From an uncultured Lentisphaerales bacterium (GTDB lineage: Bacteria > Verrucomicrobiota > Lentisphaeria > JABSQK01 > UBA12247): a DNA stretch of 64,000 nucleotides. Location: contig CALSSJ010000017.1 of assembly GCA_943788985.1 (NCBI GenBank), positions 1 to 64,000 of the forward strand, read 5' to 3'. Shown in pieces: positions 39,207 to 49,661 of this stretch. A model generated the notes under the pieces. That model worked only from the letters and a program-made list of their open reading frames with translations, had not been told where the DNA came from and ran no database searches. Position numbers and translations under genes: made by a program. The first letter of the stretch is position 1; each line of letters starts with the position of its first letter.

Positions 39207-42200
39207 ATGGCTTCTAAAAACAAGAATCCAAAATACCCAGGAATTCCCGTTGCAATGGACGGAAATTCAGCTGTGATCATGTGTGAACGGGAGTCCAGTG
39301 ATGCGGCTGGTTCGTATCCTATTACCCCCTCAACCCAGATGGGGGAGTATTGGGCAGAAGAAACTGCCAAGGGACACATCAACACTGCGGGGCGGCCTCT
39401 GATCTTTGTCGAGCCCGAAGGTGAGCACGCCGCTGCAGGCGTCACCGCCGGCATGTCGATGAGCGGTCTGCGCGCCTCAAACTTTTCGTCAGGTCAGGGC
39501 ATTGCCTACATGCATGAGTCGCTCTATGCGGCGGTTGGCAAGCGCTTGCCCTACATCCTTAACATCGGTTGTCGCGCCATCACCAAGAGCACGCTCAATG
39601 TGCACGCCGGGCACGACGATTATCATCTAATGGATGACACCGGTTTCATCCAGACAATGGCCAAGAACGCGCAGGAAGCAGCGGACCTCAACCTGATCAC
39701 CCGCAAGATCGCCGAGCTGTCATTGACGCCCGGCGCGGTCGGCCAGGACGGCTTCCTGACCACACACCTCATCGAGACGCTCAAGGTTCCGGAGCGCGAG
39801 CTAATCGCGGAGTTCCTCGGGTTGGCGGAAGACATTATCGACACCCCAACGCCCGGCCAGGAACTCCTCTATGGCAAGACCCGGCGCCGCGTGCCCAAAC
39901 TCTGGGATGTCGATAATCCCGTGCTGTCCGGTCCGGTGCAGAACCAGGACGCCTATATGCAATCCGTGGCTGGCCAGCGCCCATACTTCTTCGACCATGT
40001 CCGCGAAATCACCGACCAATGCATGGCCGAATACGCCGCACTGACCGGACGCAGCTACACTCGCGTCGCCACCTACAATTGTGACGATGCCGAATACATC
40101 GTGCTCGGCCAAGGCAGCTTGAACGGAACAGCCGAGGCCGTTGCCGACTACCTGCGTGAATCGCGTGGGCTCAAGGTCGGTGTTGTCAACATGACCATGT
40201 TTCGCCCCTTCCCAAGCGACCTTATTGGCAAGATTCTCAAGGGCCGCAAGGGCGTGGTTGTGCTCGAGCGGACCGACCAGCCGCTTGCCAGCGATCTGCC
40301 TCTGATCCGCGAAATCCGCGCCACTCTGACAAAGTGCTTGGAGAACGGCTTCGAAAAGTGCGCCCTCCCCTATCCAGATCTCGCAACCTACAACACTGTC
40401 CAGGACATGCCGCCGCTGTATTCAGGCTGCTTCGGGCTCGGGAGCCGCGACCTTCAGCCGGAAGGCGTTGTCGGTGCCATCGAGAACATGCTTGACGGCG
40501 GCGCCAAGAAAAAGTTCTTCTACTTGTCGATCGACTTCATTCGCAGTAAGCCATCGACTCCGAAGGCCAATATCTACCAGCAGGAGATTAAGGATCGCTA
40601 CCCGACCGTGAAGGCGCTTGCGGTCAAGGGAAGTGAGAATCCGAACCTGCTGCCCCAAGGCGCGATCACAGTGCGCATGCACTCCGTCGGGGGCTGGGGG
40701 GCCATCACCACAGGGAAGAACCTTGCGATCACGCTCTATGAGCTACTTGGCTACGACATCAAGGCGAATCCTAAATATGGGTCTGAAAAGAAGGGCCAGC
40801 CAACCACTTATTACCTCTCGGCCGCACCCGAACCCATTCGCATCAATTGCGAGTATTACTTTGTCGATGCGGTGCTCTCCCCGGATCCGAACGTTTTCAG
40901 TCACTCGAATCCTGTCTTTGGCTTGAAACAGGGCGGTACGTTCATCATCCAGAGCGACCGCGAAACCGCGGAAGCCGTCTGGGAATCAATCCCTGAAAAG
41001 GGCCGAAAATACATTATTGCCAACGAGATCCGCGTCTTTTTCCTCGACGCGTTCAAGATCGCCCGGGAAGAAGCAACCGATCCCGAACTGCAGTTCCGCA
41101 TGCAGGGCATCGCCTTCCAGGGCGCATTCTTTGCAGGTTCCACACTCATGAAGACGTCAGGTCTCACCGAAGCATCCCTGTTCGAGGCCATTCATCAACA
41201 GATCGAGAAGAAGTTCGGCTCCAAGGGCGCACGCGTCGTCGAGGACAACATTCGCGTCGTGCGTCGTGGCTTCGACGAAGTCACCGAGATCGTGGACAAG
41301 CCCGACGTAGCTGCGGCCCAAACCGGCATCCGCAAGGAAACCAACCTGCCGATGATGCTCAAACGCATCCCCGCCAGCGACGATCCCAAGACGGATATCC
41401 ATCGCTACTGGGAACAAACCGGAAGCTTGTACGCCAGCGGAAAACCCAACGACAACCTTGCGGACCCGTTCAACGCGCTTGCCTTGATCCCGGCCAGTAC
41501 CGGCGTCTTCCGCGACATGACGGTAATTCGCTTCAGTCACCCCGTCTGGGATCCCGAAAAATGCACGGCTTGCAGTGAATGCTTCACCGTCTGCCCGGAC
41601 AGTGCAATTCCGGGATTGGTCAACAGCGTCAGCGATGTCTTCCAGGCAACCATCAAGCGTATTAAAAAACAAGGCCACGACGTCAAACTACTCCCCAAGG
41701 CACTACGCACTGTCGAAAACAAGATGCGGGACAACATCGGCGACTGGGACACGAACTCAATTGACACGGGTCCATTGCTTGACAGTGCCATCAGGCAGAC
41801 GATTGCCGAAGCCAACGGCGAGGCCAAGGCGCTCGAAGAAGAGTTTGGCTGGTTCCGCGATGCAATGGCCGACTTCAAGTTCACCCTGACCAAGCCCTAC
41901 TGGGCACAACGCGAAAAGTCCCAGCCCGGCAGCGGTGGGCTCTTCGCCATCACCGTCAACCCGTACACCTGTAAGGGCTGTATGCTGTGTGTAGATGTCT
42001 GTGACGACGACGCGCTGACGGTTGTCCAGCAAACTGAGGAAACAACAAAGACACTCAAGAAGGACTGGGACTTCTGGCTCGATCTGCCGAATACCTCACG
42101 CGACTTCATTCGCATCGACGATATCGACGAAAAAGTCGGCGCGCTCGAAACCATGCTGCTCGATAAATCAATCTACAGCTCGATGGTCTGCGGCGACGGT

Positions 42201-44111
42201 GCCTGCACGGGGTGCGGTGAAAAGAGCGTCCTTCACCTCTTCACCAGCACCATCACAGCGCTGATGCAGCCACGTGTGAAGAAGCAGGTGGCGCGAATCG
42301 ATGAACTCATCGCAGCGCTCGAAGGCCGCATCCGTGCCAAGCTGGCTGAATCGGTTGACATCTCAGACCTGCCTGCCGTTGAGGGCGCGATCGCGGAAAG
42401 CAAGGGCCATGACCTGAAGCTCTCGACACTCGCCGAAAAGCTAGATGAGGGCAAGGCCGGCACCCCGATCGACCAGGAATGGCTGCAATGGGTCACCAGG
42501 CTTCTTGCCCAACTGCGCGACCTCAAGTGGCGCTATACCGAAGGCCAGACCAAGAAAGGTCGAGCCGCTCTCGGATTTTTGAACTCTACCGGCTGCAGTT
42601 CGGTCTACGGGTCTAGTTGGCCGTACAATCCCTATCCATTCCCCTGGTCCAACCACCTCTTCCAAGACGCGCCTTCGGTTTCAATGGGCGTCTTCGAAGG
42701 GCACATGCGCGCCATGTCAGACGGCTTTAAGGCCATCCGCATGGCAGAGGCGGAACTGAGCGGCAATGCAAACTTCAAAACGCTCGCAGCCTCCCTCCAG
42801 TATTTCTCATGGCGTGAGTTTAGCGACGACGAGTTCCTGATGTCACCCCCGGTTGTCGCTGTGGGTGGTGACGGGGCCATGTACGACATCGGCTTCCAGA
42901 ACCTCTCGCGAATGCTGATGGCCGGACGCCCGATCAAAGCGCTCGTGCTCGACACCCAGGTCTACTCCAACACCGGTGGCCAGGCGTGCACATCCGGCTT
43001 CACTGGCCAGGTGTCCGACATGGCCCCGTACGGGAAGGCCTGGAAGGGAAAGATGGAAATCCGCAAGGAAATGAGCCTCATCGCCGCGGCACATCGTACC
43101 GCCTTCGTCCTGCAAAGCAGTATCGCCAACCATACACACATGATCGAAGGCTTCATCGACGGGCTCAACTCCCGCCGCCCCGCCATCTTCAATCTCTACA
43201 CAACCTGCCAGCCGGAACACGGAGTGCCGGACGACTCCGCCGCACAGCGCAGTAAAATGGCCCTCGAATCACGCGCTTACCCGATGCTGCGTTTCGATCC
43301 GGATGCTGGCGCAACCTGGGAAGACTGTTTCGATCTCGACGGCAACCCGGACATCGACAACGATTGGCCAACCTACAAGCTCGATTATCTCGACGAGGAA
43401 GGCAACCAGCAGCAAATGGACCTTCCGCTGACATTCGCCGACTTCGCCGTTCAGGAAGGCCGCTTCCGGAAGCACTTCCGCGTCGCCAAGCCAGACACTT
43501 GGAATGACAACATGGTGCCACTGGCCGAGCTTCTCCAACTGGATCCTGATGATCGCGAGGACCAAGTCCCCTACATCTGGGCCGTCGACAAGAAAAACCA
43601 CCTCATCCGCGTCATCGTCGCCGACGAGATCGTTCGCTCGACCGAAGAGCGGCTTGGTTTCTGGCACTTGCTCAAGGGCATCGCCGGACTCAGCGATAAG
43701 GTCGATCCCGAAGAAATCGCGGCACAGGTCCGCAGTGAAACCGCGCAAAAGCTCGCCTCAGGACTCATGTCCATGCTCCAAGGCGACGGGACCTTTACGG
43801 CTTCTCCCCCAGTCGATCCAGCGGCAGCACTGGCGGCCACGCCTTCCGGCAACGGCGCACGTTTTGAATCGGCTTGGATCGACCAGACCGAATGCACCAC
43901 CTGCGACGAATGCACTGCCATCAACCCGAAAATATTCGAATACGACGATGCCAAAAAGGCGTTCGTCAAAGATCCGCGTGGCGGTCCGTTCAAGGATATC
44001 GTCCGCGCCGCGGAGAAGTGCACGGGACGCTGCATTCACCCTGGAACACCTGCCGACCCTAACGAAAAGGGCCTAGAAAAGCTCATCAAACGAGCCGAAA
44101 AGTTCCAATAA
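39207..44111 (+). CDS. por: Single-chain pyruvate:ferredoxin oxidoreductase-like 2-oxoacid:acceptor oxidoreductase with an extra C-terminal ferredoxin domain
   Basis: YPITPST, EGEH.AA, GGWGAITTGKN, CTACSECFTVCP, CKGCMLCVDVC, GACTGCGE, GGDGAMYDIG, YSNTGGQ; C-terminal CTTCDEC...C; RBS AAGGAG. Confidence 0.92.
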   Translation: MASKNKNPKYPGIPVAMDGNSAVIMCERESSDAAGSYPITPSTQMGEYWAEETAKGHINTAGRPLIFVEPEGEHAAAGVTAGMSMSGLRASNFSSGQGIAYMHESLYAAVGKRLPYILNIGCRAITKSTLNVHAGHDDYHLMDDTGFIQTMAKNAQEAADLNLITRKIAELSLTPGAVGQDGFLTTHLIETLKVPERELIAEFLGLAEDIIDTPTPGQELLYGKTRRRVPKLWDVDNPVLSGPVQNQDAYMQSVAGQRPYFFDHVREITDQCMAEYAALTGRSYTRVATYNCDDAEYIVLGQGSLNGTAEAVADYLRESRGLKVGVVNMTMFRPFPSDLIGKILKGRKGVVVLERTDQPLASDLPLIREIRATLTKCLENGFEKCALPYPDLATYNTVQDMPPLYSGCFGLGSRDLQPEGVVGAIENMLDGGAKKKFFYLSIDFIRSKPSTPKANIYQQEIKDRYPTVKALAVKGSENPNLLPQGAITVRMHSVGGWGAITTGKNLAITLYELLGYDIKANPKYGSEKKGQPTTYYLSAAPEPIRINCEYYFVDAVLSPDPNVFSHSNPVFGLKQGGTFIIQSDRETAEAVWESIPEKGRKYIIANEIRVFFLDAFKIAREEATDPELQFRMQGIAFQGAFFAGSTLMKTSGLTEASLFEAIHQQIEKKFGSKGARVVEDNIRVVRRGFDEVTEIVDKPDVAAAQTGIRKETNLPMMLKRIPASDDPKTDIHRYWEQTGSLYASGKPNDNLADPFNALALIPASTGVFRDMTVIRFSHPVWDPEKCTACSECFTVCPDSAIPGLVNSVSDVFQATIKRIKKQGHDVKLLPKALRTVENKMRDNIGDWDTNSIDTGPLLDSAIRQTIAEANGEAKALEEEFGWFRDAMADFKFTLTKPYWAQREKSQPGSGGLFAITVNPYTCKGCMLCVDVCDDDALTVVQQTEETTKTLKKDWDFWLDLPNTSRDFIRIDDIDEKVGALETMLLDKSIYSSMVCGDGACTGCGEKSVLHLFTSTITALMQPRVKKQVARIDELIAALEGRIRAKLAESVDISDLPAVEGAIAESKGHDLKLSTLAEKLDEGKAGTPIDQEWLQWVTRLLAQLRDLKWRYTEGQTKKGRAALGFLNSTGCSSVYGSSWPYNPYPFPWSNHLFQDAPSVSMGVFEGHMRAMSDGFKAIRMAEAELSGNANFKTLAASLQYFSWREFSDDEFLMSPPVVAVGGDGAMYDIGFQNLSRMLMAGRPIKALVLDTQVYSNTGGQACTSGFTGQVSDMAPYGKAWKGKMEIRKEMSLIAAAHRTAFVLQSSIANHTHMIEGFIDGLNSRRPAIFNLYTTCQPEHGVPDDSAAQRSKMALESRAYPMLRFDPDAGATWEDCFDLDGNPDIDNDWPTYKLDYLDEEGNQQQMDLPLTFADFAVQEGRFRKHFRVAKPDTWNDNMVPLAELLQLDPDDREDQVPYIWAVDKKNHLIRVIVADEIVRSTEERLGFWHLLKGIAGLSDKVDPEEIAAQVRSETAQKLASGLMSMLQGDGTFTASPPVDPAAALAATPSGNGARFESAWIDQTECTTCDECTAINPKIFEYDDAKKAFVKDPRGGPFKDIVRAAEKCTGRCIHPGTPADPNEKGLEKLIKRAEKFQ

Positions 44112-45479
44112 ATGGTCTACAGAATGTTTGACTGGCTCAACTTGGCGCTCTGGTCGCGAAAGACCTTTCCTCATGGCATCCACCCGGAAGACAACAAGGG
44201 GTACACTGCGGACAAACCAATTCGCCCCCTGCCCTTTCCACCAGAGCTGATCCTCCCGCTCGCACAGCACACGGGCAAACCCTCTGTGCCGCTGGTACAC
44301 GTCGGGCAGGAAGTGGTCCGTGGAGAACCGATTGCGCGAGCGGACGGCTTTGTTTCGGTGCCGCTACACGCCCCCGCAACAGGCACCATCCGTGCCATCG
44401 AGCTTCGTGCCACAAGCAAAGGCCCGAAGACCCCTTCCATCATCCTGGACGTGTATCCCGGAGACAGTCAGGAAATCTGCTACACAGCCGAGCGGGACGT
44501 CGAGGCGATGTCGCCAGCGGAAATCATTCAGGCGGTGCAGGATAGTGGGCTCGTTGGCCTCGGTGGTGCGGCGTTTCCGACCCATGTGAAGCTCTCGCCA
44601 CCAAAAGAGCACACCGTTCATACCGTGCTGCTCAACGGTTGCGAGTGCGAGCCCTTCCTCACAACGGACCACCGAGTCATGCTCGAACAGGCTCCGGATC
44701 TGGTCAGGGGAACCCAAATTCTGATGAAGGCCCTTGGCGCAAAACAGGGAATCATCGCAGTGGAAGACAACAAACTCGACGCCGCCGCAGCAATTGAAGC
44801 TGCTCTGCCTGCCGACAACTCGGTCAGCGTGCGGGTGGTCCGCACAAAATATCCGCAAGGCGCGGAAAAGATGCTGGCTAAGGCTGTGCTGAACATCGAA
44901 ATTCCCTCGGGCGGCTATCCGTCTTCCGTGGGCCTGGGCATCTTCAATGTCTCCTCGACCGCCCAGCTGGGCAGAGCCCTGCCCCGAACGCAAGGCATCA
45001 TCGAGCGGGTTGTCACCGTTACCGGCCCGGGCATCGACAAGCCCGGAAACTATCTCGTCCCCGTTGGCACGCCGGTGCGCTTCATCCTTGAGAAACTTGG
45101 GTTTCGGGGCGCGGAGCAAACGCTGATCATGGGTGGCCCGATGATGGGCAACACAGTCGCGTCACTCGATGTGCCGATCACGAAAGGCTGCGGCGGTTTT
45201 CTGGTCCTCACGGAAAAGGAACTCAGCACACAAACCTTCGAGAGCGCCTACCCCTGCATCAATTGCGGCCACTGTGTGGAAGCATGTCCCATGATCCTCA
45301 ATCCTTGCGAAATGGGCAAACTCGCGAGCAAGGCGCGCTATGAGGAAATGGCGAGCAAGTACTATCTGAACGACTGCTTTGAATGTGGCTGCTGCAGCTA
45401 TGTCTGCCCGGCTGGCATTCCACTGGTTCAACATTTCCGCATTGCCAAGGCAACCAACAGAGAACAAGCCCCAAAATAG
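44112..45479 (+). CDS. rnfC: Rnf complex subunit C
   Basis: GIHPEDNK, GLVGLGGAAFPTHVKL, NGCECEPFLTTD, KYPQGAEK, GGPMMG, CINCGHCVEACP, CFECGCCSYVCP. Confidence 0.95.
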   Translation: MVYRMFDWLNLALWSRKTFPHGIHPEDNKGYTADKPIRPLPFPPELILPLAQHTGKPSVPLVHVGQEVVRGEPIARADGFVSVPLHAPATGTIRAIELRATSKGPKTPSIILDVYPGDSQEICYTAERDVEAMSPAEIIQAVQDSGLVGLGGAAFPTHVKLSPPKEHTVHTVLLNGCECEPFLTTDHRVMLEQAPDLVRGTQILMKALGAKQGIIAVEDNKLDAAAAIEAALPADNSVSVRVVRTKYPQGAEKMLAKAVLNIEIPSGGYPSSVGLGIFNVSSTAQLGRALPRTQGIIERVVTVTGPGIDKPGNYLVPVGTPVRFILEKLGFRGAEQTLIMGGPMMGNTVASLDVPITKGCGGFLVLTEKELSTQTFESAYPCINCGHCVEACPMILNPCEMGKLASKARYEEMASKYYLNDCFECGCCSYVCPAGIPLVQHFRIAKATNREQAPK

Positions 45480-45513
45480 GGCAACACCCACAGATGAACA
45501 CGGCTCTTTCACG

Positions 45514-46581
45514 ATGACCAACTCCGGAACCCAATCGTCGCCACAGGTGCTGTTGCGCACCTCGCCGCATTTGCGCGATACGCAGCCGGTGGACGTGATT
45601 ATGCGCAATGTGGTGTACGCATTGCTGCCCGTCTGCGCCTTTTCGGTGTGGCAGTTCGGCATCAGCGTCCTCGGGCTTATCATCACCTGCACCGCAAGCT
45701 GTGTGCTCACCGAGCACGTCATCCGCAAGCTGCAGCACAAGCCCACCACGATCACGGACTGGAGCGCGACCATTACCGGCGTCTTACTCGCCCTGACCTT
45801 GCCGCCTGGCTTCCCGTTGTGGATGGCCGTCGTCGCATCTATTTTCGGCATCGCAGTCGGCAAGATGTTCTTTGGCGGTCTCGGCTTTAACGTCATGAAT
45901 CCCGCGCTCATCGGCCGAGCCTTCGCCCAAGCCGCCTTCACAGTCCCCATGACAACTTGGGTGCCCAACAGTGCCCCCAGCCGCTTCACGGAATTCATTC
46001 CGTCCACGCTCACACTGCCCTTCCTGCGCCCCAACTCAATCTCAGAGTGGCTGGCTCAAAATGCGGTCGATGGCTTTTCCGGTGCCACCCCACTGGCCGT
46101 GATGAAGTTTGAGCATGTCCCGGCGGATTCGATCGAACTGCTGCTGGGAACCACCGCCGGTTCAAGCGGCGAAACCGGCGCACTGCTCATCCTGCTATGT
46201 GGCTGCTATCTCATTTTCCGTAACATGATGAACTGGCGAATCACAGCGAGCATCCTGCTCACCGCCGCCCTGTTTTCCGGCATCTGCCACGCCATCAATC
46301 CGGAAATCTACCCCGACCCTCTCTTCACAGTCTGCTCAGGCGGGCTGATGCTTGGTGCCGTCTTCATGGCCACGGACATGGTCGGCTCACCAGTGACACC
46401 CGTTGGCATCTGGATCTACGGCATTCTCATTGGCCTGCTCACGGTGATCATCCGCTTCTGGGGCGGACTGAGCGAGGGCGTCATGTATGCTATTCTCTTA
46501 GGAAACGCTTTCTCCCCGTTGATTAGCTCGGTCACCCAACCCAAGCGCTACGGTGCTCCGCAAAAGGAGGCCGCGAAATGA
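45514..46581 (+). CDS. rnfD: Rnf complex subunit D
   Basis: SPHL, FGGLGFN.MNPALIGR, SGATPL (FMN site), GETG, FMATD. Confidence 0.95.
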   Translation: MTNSGTQSSPQVLLRTSPHLRDTQPVDVIMRNVVYALLPVCAFSVWQFGISVLGLIITCTASCVLTEHVIRKLQHKPTTITDWSATITGVLLALTLPPGFPLWMAVVASIFGIAVGKMFFGGLGFNVMNPALIGRAFAQAAFTVPMTTWVPNSAPSRFTEFIPSTLTLPFLRPNSISEWLAQNAVDGFSGATPLAVMKFEHVPADSIELLLGTTAGSSGETGALLILLCGCYLIFRNMMNWRITASILLTAALFSGICHAINPEIYPDPLFTVCSGGLMLGAVFMATDMVGSPVTPVGIWIYGILIGLLTVIIRFWGGLSEGVMYAILLGNAFSPLISSVTQPKRYGAPQKEAAK

Positions 46582-47252
46582 CTGAGACTGCCCCAGTCCC
46601 AACCGCCTCCCCGAGCAGTCTTCGCTTGATTGCGACGCTTGCCGGCATAGCCATCATGTCAGGCCTGCTTGTCGCCCTGGCAGCTGAATTCACCAGAGAA
46701 CCGATCCTGAAAAACCGGAGGGAAGCGCTCGAAAAGGCCGTCTTCACCGTGCTACCCGAGGCCACAGCACGCAAGAACTTCTTGCTGAATGAATCTGGCC
46801 TCGCCCCGCTCGGCGATGATGCCATCTCAGAAGCCAACTGCTATGCCGGTTACAATGAATCCGGCGAGCTGGTTGGCGTCGCCATCGAGGCCTCCGCGCG
46901 CGGCTACCAGGACGTCGTAAAAATCCTTTATGGCTACAACCCACACACAAACTGCATCCTTGGCTTCACCGTTCTCCAAAGCTCGGAGACACCAGGCCTG
47001 GGCGATCGGGTTGAAACCGATCCTGATTTTCTGGCCAACTTCGCTTGCCTGGAGGCAACCCTAAACGAAGCTGGCACGGATCTCAAGAACCAAATCGTCA
47101 CAGTCAAAAACGGAACCAAGAAACATCCCTGGCAGATCGATGCCATCTCAGGTGCCACCGTGACATCCACCGCCATCGGCACCGCCCTGCAAAAAAGCAC
47201 AACCAAACTGCTGCCACTCATTCACAAAGTTGAACCGGAGTTTGCGCAATGA
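46578..47252 (+). CDS. rnfG: Rnf complex subunit G
   Basis: N-terminal TM; GYQ, SETPGLG, DAISGATVTS (FMN site). Confidence 0.93.
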   Translation: MTETAPVPTASPSSLRLIATLAGIAIMSGLLVALAAEFTREPILKNRREALEKAVFTVLPEATARKNFLLNESGLAPLGDDAISEANCYAGYNESGELVGVAIEASARGYQDVVKILYGYNPHTNCILGFTVLQSSETPGLGDRVETDPDFLANFACLEATLNEAGTDLKNQIVTVKNGTKKHPWQIDAISGATVTSTAIGTALQKSTTKLLPLIHKVEPEFAQ

Positions 47253-47902
47253 AAGATCCACGGATTCCGGATCCACTCAGTTGGAGCGTATTCACGCAAG
47301 GCATCTGGCGCGACAATCCGGTATTTGTCATGTTGCTCGGCCTTTGTCCCTTACTTGCCGTCACCAACACCGCAATGAACGCTCTGGCTATGGGCCTGGC
47401 GACAACCTTCGTCCTAGTCTGCTCTGGCACCCTCGTTTCTCTGCTGCAGCGTGTCATCCCCAAGCAAGTGCGAATCGCCGCCTACATCATCATTATCGCC
47501 ACCTTCGTCACCATCGTCGACTACGCGATTCAGGCCATCAGCCTCGACCTCCATAAGGCCCTTGGCGCGTTCATTCAGCTCATCGTAGTCAACTGCGTCA
47601 TCCTTGGCCGTGCCGAAGCCTATGCCTCGAAGAATCCCGTGGTCAATGCCATCGTCAACGCTTTCGGCATGGGGGTGGGCTTTACCCTCGCCTTGCTCAG
47701 CTTGGGAATCGTCCGGGAAATCATCGGGAGCGGCTCACTCTTTGGCATCGATCTATTCGGAGCGCAGTTCCAGCCCTGGGCCGTGTTCGTGCTCCCGCCC
47801 GGTGGCTTCTTTGTCCTGGCCTTCTGGCTGTTCGTCTTCTCCCTGATGCGCAAGCGCAAAGAAACCCGCGCCAAACAAGAGGAGGTGGCCCGTGCAGCCT
47901 GA
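47249..47902 (+). CDS. rnfE: Rnf complex subunit E
   Basis: NPVFVMLLGLCPLLAVT, VRI, LIVVNCVILGRAEAYA, LPPGGF. Confidence 0.95.
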   Translation: MKDPRIPDPLSWSVFTQGIWRDNPVFVMLLGLCPLLAVTNTAMNALAMGLATTFVLVCSGTLVSLLQRVIPKQVRIAAYIIIIATFVTIVDYAIQAISLDLHKALGAFIQLIVVNCVILGRAEAYASKNPVVNAIVNAFGMGVGFTLALLSLGIVREIIGSGSLFGIDLFGAQFQPWAVFVLPPGGFFVLAFWLFVFSLMRKRKETRAKQEEVARAA

Positions 47903-48473
47903 TTCACTCACGTTCATTTTCCTGAACGCTTTCGTCATCAACAACTTCGTGCTCGCGATGTTCCTCGGGCTCTGTCCCTTCCTTGGGGTCTCCGGGAAGA
48001 TCAAGACAGCCGCAAACATGGGACTGGCTGTCGTCTTTGTGATGCTCGTCAGCTCCAGCTCTGCCTATGGCATCAACCTACTCCTCGCGAAGTTCAACCT
48101 CGAGTTTCTGCGCTTGATCTGCTACATCGCTGTCATTGCCTCCGCGGTGCAGCTCGTAGAAATGGCGATCAAAAAATTCAGCCCGGCGCTGTTTCGGGCA
48201 CTCGGCATCTTTCTACCGCTGATCACGACCAACTGCGCGATTCTTGGCCTAGCCCTGTTCCAAACCAATCGCGAGTACAACTTTCCCCAGAGCCTGGCAT
48301 TCAGCGTTGGTGCTGGTGCGGGCTTTACCCTGGCGCTTGTGCTGATGGCCGGGCTACGTGAGAAGCTTGAACTGGCCGACGTTCCCGATGTCGTCACCAG
48401 CGCCGCCCTTGCGCTCACGCTCGGCGGCCTGCTCTCGCTCGCCTTTATGGGCTTTGCCGGTCTAGGAGGCTAA
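47892..48473 (+). CDS. rnfA: Rnf complex subunit A
   Basis: NNFVLAMFLGLCPFLGVS, LGIFLPLITTNCAILG, AFMGF. Confidence 0.95.
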   Translation: MQPDSLTFIFLNAFVINNFVLAMFLGLCPFLGVSGKIKTAANMGLAVVFVMLVSSSSAYGINLLLAKFNLEFLRLICYIAVIASAVQLVEMAIKKFSPALFRALGIFLPLITTNCAILGLALFQTNREYNFPQSLAFSVGAGAGFTLALVLMAGLREKLELADVPDVVTSAALALTLGGLLSLAFMGFAGLGG

Positions 48474-48474
48474 A

Positions 48475-48720
48475 ATGACCTACGCCATCTCCATTCTGAT
48501 TGTCTTCGCCATGCTTGCCGGGTGGGTGCTCGTCCAGCACTTGGGGCGTCGCTTTGCCGCGCGACATCCCGAATTTGGCCCGCCGCGCGAGGAAGGTTCC
48601 GGTTGCTGCATGGGGCGCGGCAAGGAAGAACGCCAAGGGCCACAATGTGCCGCGTGTCCCAAACAGCTTTCAGCAAAAGGTCAAACACCAATCGCATCCA
48701 ATGGAGAGGTATCCAGATGA
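48475..48720 (+). CDS. Small membrane-anchored Cys-rich protein in the rnf cluster
   Basis: One TM (YAISILIVFAMLAGWVLVQ), FAARHPEFGPPREEGSGCC..CAAC; tightly packed between rnfA and the FNR gene. Confidence 0.7.
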   Translation: MTYAISILIVFAMLAGWVLVQHLGRRFAARHPEFGPPREEGSGCCMGRGKEERQGPQCAACPKQLSAKGQTPIASNGEVSR

Positions 48721-49578
48721 ATCTCAGTGAATACAACACCGACCGTATTTTCACCGCCGATGTCGTAAGCTCCGAACGCATCACCGATGAGGCAACAGCC
48801 GAAGTCCGTCACATTGTGCTGCGCATTGTCGACCCTGCCTTCCAGTTTATCGAGGGGCAGAGCATCGCCGTACTCGTCCCCGGTCCCCACCCCTTTGGCA
48901 ACGACTGCCATATCCGGCTCTATTCCATCGCCAGCCCACGAGACGGCGAGGCCGGAAATTTTGCCCAATTCTCTCTCTGCGTGCGCCGTTGCAGCTACAT
49001 CGACGACGTCAGCGGCGAACGCTACCCGGGCATCGCCTCCAACTTTCTGTGTGACCGCCAGCCCGGTGACCAGATCGAGGTTTCCGGTCCCTACGGACGC
49101 CAGTTCCATCCACCACGCGACACCACCAAGAATGTCCTCATGATTGGCGTCGGCACCGGCATCGCCCCCTTCCGGGCGTTCATGAAGTTCCTCTACCGCG
49201 AACAAACAAAGTGGCAGGGAAAAGTGCGCTTGTTCTACGGCGGCAAGAGCGGCATGGACATGCTCTACATGAACGACAAGAACAGCGACATCGCCAACTA
49301 CTACGACAAAGAAACCTTCCAAGCCTTCGAGGCTCTCAGCCCTCGCCCGCACTTCGACGAGCCCGCCCAAATCGAGCGAACCATCAAGGAGAACGCCGGT
49401 GAGGTCTGGTCACTCATCGAGGATCCCAACACCTACGTGTACCTCTCCGGTCTGTCGAAACTCGAAGCCAAGCTCGACAAAATCCTAGCCGAGCTCGCCG
49501 GCTCGGAAGAAGCCTGGAAAACCCATAAGCTTTCCCTGCTCAATGACGGTCGCTGGGGCCACGCTCTTCTACGAATAG
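48717..49578 (+). CDS. Ferredoxin--NADP+ reductase-like flavoprotein (+1 frameshift near the 3' end)
   Basis: EGQSI, RLYSIAS, G.ASNFLCD, SGPYG, GTGIAPFRAF, YLSGL; removing one G at 49555-49558 gives ...DGRWATLFYE* (TAG 49576-49578). Confidence 0.88.
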
Positions 49579-49661
49579 AAAAGTTCAGGAAACCTTGGAC
49601 CGTGGCCGGTTCCGGCTATCCGCCATTGCTCGTAGCACGTGCCGGGTTTGTAGTGAGCCTC

